From the NCBI GenBank assembly GCA_041484265.1, contig JBGPHH010000003.1, positions 1 through 38,699 on the forward strand: 38,699 nucleotides of DNA, in the 5' to 3' direction. The translations under genes and the position numbers were made by a program. This document shows positions 9,278 through 16,906 of the stretch, piece by piece. Position 1 is the first letter of the stretch; each line of letters opens with the position of its first letter. Under the pieces are notes generated by a model that ran no database searches, was not told the origin of the DNA, and saw nothing but the letters and a program-made list of their open reading frames with translations. This DNA comes from Vicinamibacteria bacterium (GTDB lineage: Bacteria; Acidobacteriota; Vicinamibacteria; Vicinamibacterales; CAVVIG01).

Positions 9278-10270
9278 ATGGATACCGCGACCTCGTATCT
9301 CGGGTTACGTCTGCCCCATCCCTTTATCGCGGGCGCGTGTCCGCTCGGGTGGCACCTCGACACCATCAAACGGCTCGAAGACAGCGGAGCCGCGGCCATC
9401 GTGCTCCCGTCGCTGTTCGAAGAGCAAATCACGCTGGCGACGGAACGCCGCATCCGACATATGGACCCGTTTGAAGAGGAATTCGCAGGGGCCCTCGCGA
9501 GCTATCCGCCGGCCAGCGACTACACGCTGGCACCCGACCAGTATGCGGAACACATCACGCGTGCGAAGCAGGCCGTCAAGATCCCAATCATCGGCTCGCT
9601 CAACGGCACGTCGGCTGAGTCGTGGCTGCGGTTCTCCCGCATCATCCAGCAGGCGGGCGCCGACGCACTCGAGTTGAACATCTACGAAGTGGTCACCGAT
9701 CTCGACATGCCGGGCTCCGTCGTCGAGCACCAGTTGTCTCACATCGTCAGGGACCTGAAAGACGCGATCAAGATCCCGGTTGCAGTCAAACTGGCACCAT
9801 TCTTTGCGGCCTTCGGCAACGTGGCGCGGCAGCTCGATGACGCCGGCGCTGACGCGCTGGTGCTGTTCAACCGCTTCTACCAGCCCGATATCGACATCAA
9901 GACGATGACGGCGTCGCCGATGGTTGAGCTGTCGACCAGTGCCGAGCTCCTTTTGCGATTGCGATGGCTCGCCATTCTCCACGGCCGCGTTCGAGCGGGA
10001 CTCGCCGTCACCGGCGGCGTGTCCACACCGAACGACGGCATCAAGGCGATCCTCGCGGGTGCCGACGCGGTACAAATGGTGTCGGCAATCCTGCGACACG
10101 GGCCCCCGTACCTGGCCGCCATGCGGCAAGGCCTTGAGCGCTGGATGGAATGGCACCGGCTGGCGAGCCTCAGCGAGGTGAAGGGTCGCGTGAGCCTGGC
10201 GCGCGCCGCCGATCCGGCCGCGTTCGAGCGTGCGAACTACATTCGGACGCTGCAGAGCTGGAAGTGCTGA
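9278..10270 (+). CDS. Dihydroorotate dehydrogenase-like FMN protein (DHOD_like)
   Basis: YLGLRLPHPFIA, PSLFEEQI, IPIIGSLNG, ALELNIY, VAVKLAP, LFNRFYQPDIDI, TGGV, AGADAVQMVSA. ATG 9278 with GGGAG RBS. Confidence 0.88.
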   Translation: MDTATSYLGLRLPHPFIAGACPLGWHLDTIKRLEDSGAAAIVLPSLFEEQITLATERRIRHMDPFEEEFAGALASYPPASDYTLAPDQYAEHITRAKQAVKIPIIGSLNGTSAESWLRFSRIIQQAGADALELNIYEVVTDLDMPGSVVEHQLSHIVRDLKDAIKIPVAVKLAPFFAAFGNVARQLDDAGADALVLFNRFYQPDIDIKTMTASPMVELSTSAELLLRLRWLAILHGRVRAGLAVTGGVSTPNDGIKAILAGADAVQMVSAILRHGPPYLAAMRQGLERWMEWHRLASLSEVKGRVSLARAADPAAFERANYIRTLQSWKC

Positions 10271-10274
10271 CCCC

Positions 10275-11843
10275 ATGCAGGCGCGGCTTGTCGCGTCGCT
10301 CGCCAATCCGGCGATCTATCCGGGCGACGTCGCGCACGTCGACGTCATCGAAACGCACATCTCGTACATCCTGCTGACCGGGCGATACGCGTACAAGATC
10401 AAGAAATCGGTCAACCTGGAGTTCCTGGACTTCACGACGCTGGCCGCGCGCCGTCTCGATTGCGAGGATGAGCTGCGGCTCAACCGTCCTCTTGCACCGT
10501 CTATCTATCTCGGCGTCGTCGCGATCACGGGCACTGTGGGTGAGCCCGCCATTGACGGTGACGGCCCGGTGCTCGAGTACGCCGTCAAGATGCGCCAATT
10601 TCCGCAGGAGGTGCTCCTCTCTCACCTGATCTCGGCGGGCACGCTCACCCTCGCCGACATCGACGCGCTGGCGGCGGCCGTGGCGTCATTTCACGGCCGC
10701 GCGGACGTGGCTGGCCCGGACACCGCGTTTGGAACGGCCGCGCACGTGCTGGAGACGGCGCGGCAGAATTTCAGTCAGATCCGCCCACGCCTCGACGCTG
10801 GCATCGATCGGACGGAGCTCGAGGCGATCGCCGAGTGGACGGAGCGTGAACATGCCAGTCGAATTGCCGACTTTGACAAGCGGCGTCGCGACGGGTTCGT
10901 CCGGGAATGTCACGGCGACCTCCATCTGGACAACATCGTGCGGCTGGACGGGCAGATCACGCCCTTCGACCGCCTCGAATTCAATCCATCGATGCGCTGG
11001 ATCGATGTCATGAGCGATGTGGCCTTTCTCGTGATGGACCTCCAGTACCGCGGGCGAACCGACATGGCATTTCGGGTGTTGAACGCGTACCTGGAGAAGA
11101 CGGCAGACTACGGCGGGCTGAGCGTGCTTCGCTTCTATCTCGCCTATCGCGCGATGGTCCGGGCCAAGGTCGCGTCCTTCCGGGCCGGCCAGATCGGCTC
11201 GAGTGGCGGGGGGCAGGCGTCCGACGCCTGCATGACGGAGTACCGCGAATATGTGAAGCTGGCCGCCCGCTATTCCTGCCGGCCGCGGCCAGCCCTTGTC
11301 CTTATGCACGGCTTGTCGGGCTGTGGCAAGACCACCTTGTCGCAGGCGCTCGTCGAATCGGTTGGTGCCATTCGGGTGCGGACCGACGTCGAGCGCAAGC
11401 GCCTTCATGGGCTCGGTCCCGAAGCCGACAGCCATTCGTCAATCGATGCCGGCCTGTACGCACCGGACGGCACGCAGCAGACATACCTCCGCGTCCGGGA
11501 GCTGGCGCATCGTGTCCTGGCAGCCGGTTACATCGCTGTCGTCGACGGCGCGTTTCTTCAGCGCTGGCAGCGTGACCTGTTCTGCGACCTCGCCAACGAG
11601 CTCGGAATTCCGTTTGTGATTATCGATCTCACAGTGGACGCCGCGACCTTGCGAGAGCGCATCACGAAACGCCTCGCGGGCGGACATGACGCCTCGGAGG
11701 CGGGCCTCGCGGTTCTCGATCGCCAGATAGCGACCGAGCAGCCGATCGCGCCAGACGAGCAGCGATTTGCGGTCCAGTGCGATGCTGGGAAAGCGGCGGT
11801 CCTGCCGGAAATCCGTCGACTGAGGCCGGATCTCGGCTGGTAA
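10275..11843 (+). CDS. Bifunctional aminoglycoside-phosphotransferase-like / AAA_33 P-loop kinase protein (COG2187+COG0645 type)
   Basis: IETHISYILLTG-AYKIKK, ECHGDLHLDNI, FDRLEFN...RWIDVMSD, then GLSGCGKT P-loop, RTDVERKRL and DASEA. Confidence 0.88.
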   Translation: MQARLVASLANPAIYPGDVAHVDVIETHISYILLTGRYAYKIKKSVNLEFLDFTTLAARRLDCEDELRLNRPLAPSIYLGVVAITGTVGEPAIDGDGPVLEYAVKMRQFPQEVLLSHLISAGTLTLADIDALAAAVASFHGRADVAGPDTAFGTAAHVLETARQNFSQIRPRLDAGIDRTELEAIAEWTEREHASRIADFDKRRRDGFVRECHGDLHLDNIVRLDGQITPFDRLEFNPSMRWIDVMSDVAFLVMDLQYRGRTDMAFRVLNAYLEKTADYGGLSVLRFYLAYRAMVRAKVASFRAGQIGSSGGGQASDACMTEYREYVKLAARYSCRPRPALVLMHGLSGCGKTTLSQALVESVGAIRVRTDVERKRLHGLGPEADSHSSIDAGLYAPDGTQQTYLRVRELAHRVLAAGYIAVVDGAFLQRWQRDLFCDLANELGIPFVIIDLTVDAATLRERITKRLAGGHDASEAGLAVLDRQIATEQPIAPDEQRFAVQCDAGKAAVLPEIRRLRPDLGW

Positions 11844-11879
11844 ATAGGCAAAAAAAGGGACTTCTACGACTTGGGAGCT

Positions 11880-11894
11880 CGGCACTGCGCTTGC
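11880..11894 (+). promoter_or_regulatory. Sigma54 (-24/-12) promoter for the dioxygenase-DUF6644 operon
   Basis: CGGCAC-TGCGC-TTGC, exact GG-N10-GC, about 50 nt upstream of ATG 11945. Confidence 0.72.
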
Positions 11895-11944
11895 GAAGGG
11901 CTACCTCACGACCGGAGGGCACCGGAAGTTCTGAGGAGCCAGGC

Positions 11945-12841
11945 ATGAAGCAGACGCAAGTCGTGGCACGACGCCGCACCACCGAAGACGACATCACTGC
12001 AGAAGTGCTGCGCCGCCTCGACAGCGCCCAGGACGCTCGGCTCCGCCGGATCATGCTCAGCTTGATCCAGCACCTTCATCACTTCATCAAGGACGTGGAG
12101 TTGACTGAGGCCGAGTGGTTGCAAGGGATTCAGTTCCTGACCGACACCGGCAAGATGTCCTCGGACACTCGTCAGGAATTCATCCTGCTGTCGGATACGT
12201 TGGGCGTCTCCATGGTGGTGGATCTCATCAACCATCGCATGCCCGAGGGCGCCACCGAATCCACCGTCTTCGGGCCGTGTCACCACGACGGCGCGCCCGA
12301 ACTGGCCACCGGCTCGAATCTGGCGCCGACCGACACCGCTGGCATGCCGACCGTCGTCAGCGGGCGGGTCCTCGATCTGCAGGGCCGGCCCATTGCCGGT
12401 GCGTTGCTCGACACCCGGCAATACGATTCGACGGGCCGCCACGACCAGCCATACGAGGACAAGAGCAGGATCCGCATGCGCGGTATGTACCACACCGGCA
12501 AGGACGGGCGGTTCGTCATCCGGACCTCCCGACCAGTGGCCTACGAGATCCCGAACGACGGCCCCGTGGGCAAGCTCCTACGGGCGACGGACCGGCATGC
12601 CTGGAGACCGGCCCATATCCACTTCGTTGTCTCCGCTGAGGGCTTCGCGCCGGTCACCACCCACATCTTCGATTCCGTCGACAAGTATCTGGAATCCGAC
12701 GCCGTCTTTGCCGTCAAAGAGTCGCTCATCTGCACGTTCACCGAGCATCACACGCGCGACGAAGCCGCGAAGCAATTCAACATCGAGCCGCCGTTCTGTA
12801 CGGCGGAATTCGACTTCGTGCTCAAACCGGCTCGCCGCTGA
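11945..12841 (+). CDS. Intradiol ring-cleavage dioxygenase (hydroxyquinol/catechol 1,2-dioxygenase family) with atypical active-site residues
   Basis: RQEFILLSDTLGVS, ATESTVFGP, YEIPNDGPVG, WRPAHIHF, YLESDAVFAVKESLI; GAGGAG RBS. Confidence 0.88.
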   Translation: MKQTQVVARRRTTEDDITAEVLRRLDSAQDARLRRIMLSLIQHLHHFIKDVELTEAEWLQGIQFLTDTGKMSSDTRQEFILLSDTLGVSMVVDLINHRMPEGATESTVFGPCHHDGAPELATGSNLAPTDTAGMPTVVSGRVLDLQGRPIAGALLDTRQYDSTGRHDQPYEDKSRIRMRGMYHTGKDGRFVIRTSRPVAYEIPNDGPVGKLLRATDRHAWRPAHIHFVVSAEGFAPVTTHIFDSVDKYLESDAVFAVKESLICTFTEHHTRDEAAKQFNIEPPFCTAEFDFVLKPARR

Positions 12842-12863
12842 AGGCGGCAAAGGACCATAGGTC

Positions 12864-13460
12864 ATGACATCGGTTCTGGAGTGGCTCGAGAGTACGTGGC
12901 TTTCCACGACGTTGCGCGATTCGCCCAACGTGTTCCTCTATCCGACGATTCTCGCCTTCCACACGCTTGGACTGGCGTTCTTCGTGGGGATCAGTTCGGC
13001 GATCGCGTTGCGGATCCTCGGCGTGGCGCCGACCGTGCCGCTGGCCCCACTCAAGAAGTTCTACCCCATCATGTGGATCGGCTTCCTCTTCAATGCCGTG
13101 TCCGGCACGCTGCTATTGATCATCGAGCCGACCAAGTTTCTGATGATGTTCGATTTCTATGTCAAGCTGCTGGCCATCGCGGGGGCCGTCTACTGCAATC
13201 GAGTGCTGTACATCAGGCGGTTCCGCCATCCGGCGGCTGTGGACCCCAACCCCCTGCCGGCGGGCGACAAGGCCTTGGCGGTCACGATCCTCATCTTGTG
13301 GGGCGCATCGATCACAGCGGGGCGGCTGACGGCGTATGACGACGCCAATACGCAGTGGCAGACGGCGCTTGGCACCCTTGGCGTGACGACAGCGCTCCTC
13401 GTCGTTGGGTACGTCTCGGTCAAACTCTTTGGATGGATCCGCCAAACTGTACAGGGGTGA
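12864..13460 (+). CDS. Integral membrane protein, DUF6644-like
   Basis: WLESTWLS...YPTILAFHTLG...LRILG...SGTLL...FYVKL...W..SITAGRLTAY; 4-5 hydrophobic segments. Confidence 0.6.
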   Translation: MTSVLEWLESTWLSTTLRDSPNVFLYPTILAFHTLGLAFFVGISSAIALRILGVAPTVPLAPLKKFYPIMWIGFLFNAVSGTLLLIIEPTKFLMMFDFYVKLLAIAGAVYCNRVLYIRRFRHPAAVDPNPLPAGDKALAVTILILWGASITAGRLTAYDDANTQWQTALGTLGVTTALLVVGYVSVKLFGWIRQTVQG

Positions 13461-13464
13461 CGTT

Positions 13465-13983
13465 GTGGAACAGTTTCTTAGATATTGGATGCGCTGGCCC
13501 AGCGTTGAACACCTCATCTACAAGTACCTCTGGGCCTGGGGAGTCGCCCAGAGCCTGCATTTCGTCGGAATGGTCCTCCTCATCGGCACGGTTGGACTGT
13601 TGGACCTGCGCCTGTTGGGCATGGCCAAGCAATTGCCGGTCGCCGCCGTGAAGCGGCTCGTCCCTTGGGGCATCCTCGGATTCGTGATCTGTCTCGCCAC
13701 CGGCATATTTTTCGTGACGGGGATCTGGGCGAACATCAACGTTCACCCATACGTGGTCCTGATGAGCGACGTCTTTCTTCAAATCAAGTTCGTCTTCATA
13801 TTCCTCGCGGGACTCAATGTCCTGGCCTTCTATGTCACGGGTATGTCCAGCGTGGTCGACCGTCTGGGCCCTGGCGACGATGCACCGCCCTTGGCCAAAG
13901 TGTTCGCGGGCGCATCGCTGTTCTTCTGGATAGCCGTCATGTACTTTGCTCGGTTGATACCGTCCGGGAAATTCCAGCCTTAG
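13465..13983 (+). CDS. Integral membrane protein, DUF6644-like (paralog of the upstream gene)
   Basis: WAWGVAQSLHFVG...LLDLRLLG...ATG...QIK...ASLFFWIAVMYFARLI; GTG start 4 nt after the upstream stop. Confidence 0.6.
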   Translation: MEQFLRYWMRWPSVEHLIYKYLWAWGVAQSLHFVGMVLLIGTVGLLDLRLLGMAKQLPVAAVKRLVPWGILGFVICLATGIFFVTGIWANINVHPYVVLMSDVFLQIKFVFIFLAGLNVLAFYVTGMSSVVDRLGPGDDAPPLAKVFAGASLFFWIAVMYFARLIPSGKFQP

Positions 13984-14056
13984 GATACGGGGGCGATACG
14001 GCACCACGTGGCGCCCTTCCTCGTCATCCGTTGACTGTGTTACCTTCACGGCGCGG

Positions 14057-15658
14057 ATGGACTCGAGATTCGATGTCGTGATTGCAGGCGGCGGGCTCGC
14101 CGGCCTGACGCTGGCCAGACAGCTGCACTTCGAGGCTCCCCACGCGCGGGTGCTCGTGTGCGAGAAGCGCCGACACCCGGTGCCGGAAGCGGCCTTCAAA
14201 GTCGGTGAGTCATCGGTCGAGATCGGCGCGCACTACTTCAAGACCATCGTCAAGCTCGACGCCCTGCTCGAGCGCGATCACCTGCCGAAACTGGGTCTGC
14301 GTTACTTCTTCCCGTACGAGCACAACCGCGATATCACCACGCGCGTCGAGCTCGGCACCAACGTCTTCCCGCCGGTGCCGTCGTTCCAGCTCGATCGCGG
14401 ACGCCTCGAGAACTCGTTGCTGACGCTGGCCCGCGAGTCGGGCGCGTCCGTGCTCGACGGCTGTGCGGTGCGTGAGATCGATCTGGGCGACCGCGAGCAC
14501 AGGGTAGTGGTCGACACCGCCGACGGTCCGCACACGGTCACCACGAGATGGATCATCGATTCGAGCGGACGCGCGGGTCTGCTGAAGAGGAAGCTCGGGC
14601 TAAGGCGTCCGTCTTCGCATGCCGCCAATGCCTGCTGGTTCCGCTTTCCAACCCGGCTCAAGGTGGACGACTGGTCGGACGATCCCGTCTGGTGCGCGCG
14701 CGTACCCGAACGTCAGCGCTGGCTGAGTACGAACCATTTGATGGGGGCGGGCTATTGGGTGTGGCTCATTCCCCTCGGGTCGGGCAGCACGAGCGTTGGG
14801 ATCGTGGCCGACCCGGCGCTGCACCCGTTTCACCGACTCAGTCGTTTCGATCGCGCGGTCGACTGGCTGCGTGAGTTCGAACCGCAGTGCGCCGATGTCG
14901 TCGAGGCGCACGCACCGCAGCTCGAAGACTTTCTGGCGCTTCAACACTTCGCGCACGGCTGCGAGCGCGTCTTCTCCCCCAATCGCTGGGCCATGACCGG
15001 AGAGTCCGGCGTCTTCACAGACCCGTTCTATTCGCCAGGGTCCGACTTCATCGCGATCGGCAACGACTTCGCGACTGATCTGATCATCCGCGACCTCGGC
15101 GGCGAAGACGTGCGCGAGCGGGCCGAGATCTTCAACGCCACGCACCTGCGATTATTCGACGCCTTTCTGAAGCTGTACGACGGCCAGTATCCGCTGATGG
15201 GCAATGCACAGGTCATGACAGCCAAGGTGGCCTGGGACAACGCGTCGTACTGGAGCGTCACGGCCCTGCTCTTCTTCCAGCGCCGGCTGCGGCGTCCGGA
15301 GTTCATGGCGTCGATCGATCCGCTGATGCGCCGGTTCTTCGTGCTGCACGCGCGCATGCAGCAACTGTTCGCGGCGTGGGGCCGTACCGACCATGCCTCA
15401 TATGGGTACTCGCGCGCCAACGTGATGGATGTCGAGCGGCTGCGGCACCTGCAGGCCAGTCTGGACGGCCCGATCATGGACGACGACGCGCTCCGCGAGC
15501 GGCTGGAGCGTAACTACCTCTGGCTGGAATCGATGGCACGCGCGTGGCAGCGGCTTGCGGCCGAGCACGACCCAGCGCTGACGCGGTTCGTCGCCCCTGG
15601 CGATGCCGAATACGTGGACCTGGAGCCGCTGAAGCTAACGCACTGCATAGCAGATTGA
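14057..15658 (+). CDS. Flavin-dependent halogenase-like FAD oxidoreductase
   Basis: GGGLAG FAD motif, KVGES, FQLDRGRLE, YWVWLIP (WxWxIP halogenase motif), FTDPFYSPGSD. Confidence 0.8.
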   Translation: MDSRFDVVIAGGGLAGLTLARQLHFEAPHARVLVCEKRRHPVPEAAFKVGESSVEIGAHYFKTIVKLDALLERDHLPKLGLRYFFPYEHNRDITTRVELGTNVFPPVPSFQLDRGRLENSLLTLARESGASVLDGCAVREIDLGDREHRVVVDTADGPHTVTTRWIIDSSGRAGLLKRKLGLRRPSSHAANACWFRFPTRLKVDDWSDDPVWCARVPERQRWLSTNHLMGAGYWVWLIPLGSGSTSVGIVADPALHPFHRLSRFDRAVDWLREFEPQCADVVEAHAPQLEDFLALQHFAHGCERVFSPNRWAMTGESGVFTDPFYSPGSDFIAIGNDFATDLIIRDLGGEDVRERAEIFNATHLRLFDAFLKLYDGQYPLMGNAQVMTAKVAWDNASYWSVTALLFFQRRLRRPEFMASIDPLMRRFFVLHARMQQLFAAWGRTDHASYGYSRANVMDVERLRHLQASLDGPIMDDDALRERLERNYLWLESMARAWQRLAAEHDPALTRFVAPGDAEYVDLEPLKLTHCIAD

Positions 15659-15669
15659 AGATGCCAGCG

Positions 15670-16890
15670 TCAGTTCCCGAAGGCTCGGATCACGAGCGCC
15701 GAGTCGTTCCCCCCGAATGCCAGCGAGGTCGAGACGCCACACCGCACGCGCTGTTCGCGTGCGGTGTTGGCCACGATGTCGATCGCGCAATCGGGATCGG
15801 TCTCGCCGTGATGGATCGTCGGCGGAATCACGCCGCGGGCAACCGTCAACGTCAGGGCCGCGGCCTCGACGGCTCCGGCTGCGCCAAGGCAGTGACCGAT
15901 CATGGCCTTGAGAGAGGTCACCGGCACGCGTGCGATGCGCTCGCCGAAGATGCGCCGGAACGCGCGCGCCTCCGCCGCATCGTTCTGCGGCGTCGCCGTC
16001 CCATGCGCGTTCAGATGATCGACGTCGGCAGCGGCGAGGCCCGCGTCCTGCAGGGCCGCCGCAATCACGGCGGCCACGGGACGGCCTTCCGGCTCCGGAG
16101 CCGTCGGATGATAGGCCTCGCATCCCAGCGCAAATCCGGCGAGCTCGGCGTAAATCCGAGCGCCCCGGCGGCGGGCGCGATCGAGATCCTCGAGCACGAG
16201 AATCCCGGCGCCTTCGCCGATGTTCATGCCGGCGCGGGTCCGATCGAAGGGGCGACACGGCGCCTGATCCATCAGCTTCAGTTGATTGAATCCGCTGAAC
16301 GTCAGGCGGGCGAGCGCGTCGGTGCCGCCGGCCAGGACGGCGTCGGCCCGGCCCTGCCGGATGGCGTCGGCGGCGCGTCCGATCGCGATCGTGCTCGACG
16401 AGCAGGCGGCCACGACGCAGGCACGAGGACCCTCGAAGCCGAAGCGTTCGGCGATCAGGTCAACCGGCGTGCTGAGAAAATGATTCCAGACATCGGACGG
16501 GCGCGCCCGCTCGATGCCCTCTGCCATCCACGTCTGGTAGAAGACCTCATTGCGCAGCAGGTCTGCGGTGCCTGCTCCCAGAAAAATCCCGACCCGCGCG
16601 GCGTCGACGCCCCCATCCTGTAATCCCGCGTCGTCTATCGCCTCGGCCGCTGCGTGCAGACCGATGCGATCGCCTCGGGATAGACGACGCCGCTCGAGCG
16701 CGGTGAGCGATGCGTCGATGTCCCGCATCGGGACTTGGGCCGCGATCCGGCTGCGATACCCCTCGGCATCGAACACCGTCGCCGGACCGATCCCGCACTC
16801 GCCCGCAACCATGCGGCGCCACGACTCTTCACGCGTGGCGCCGAGCGCGGTCACGAGACCGATGCCGGTGATGGCAACACGGGGCGTCAT
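15670..16890 (-). CDS. Beta-ketoacyl-ACP synthase (FabF-like, catalytically intact KS)
   Basis: Cys-His-His triad in AACSSS, NAHGTAT and IGHCLGAAG; CRPFD; GEGAG; SLAFGG. Confidence 0.93.
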   Translation of the reverse strand: MTPRVAITGIGLVTALGATREESWRRMVAGECGIGPATVFDAEGYRSRIAAQVPMRDIDASLTALERRRLSRGDRIGLHAAAEAIDDAGLQDGGVDAARVGIFLGAGTADLLRNEVFYQTWMAEGIERARPSDVWNHFLSTPVDLIAERFGFEGPRACVVAACSSSTIAIGRAADAIRQGRADAVLAGGTDALARLTFSGFNQLKLMDQAPCRPFDRTRAGMNIGEGAGILVLEDLDRARRRGARIYAELAGFALGCEAYHPTAPEPEGRPVAAVIAAALQDAGLAAADVDHLNAHGTATPQNDAAEARAFRRIFGERIARVPVTSLKAMIGHCLGAAGAVEAAALTLTVARGVIPPTIHHGETDPDCAIDIVANTAREQRVRCGVSTSLAFGGNDSALVIRAFGN

Positions 16891-16906
16891 CGTTGCGCGT
16901 GCACGG

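Noticed and set aside
10275-11843. Aminoglycoside resistance gene
   Set aside because: The APH-like fold fused to a P-loop kinase is a widespread uncharacterised family; nothing here indicates resistance.
13998-14013. Possible sigma54 promoter before the halogenase (CGGCACCACGTGGC)
   Set aside because: GG-to-GC spacing is 9, not 10, and there is no TTGC.
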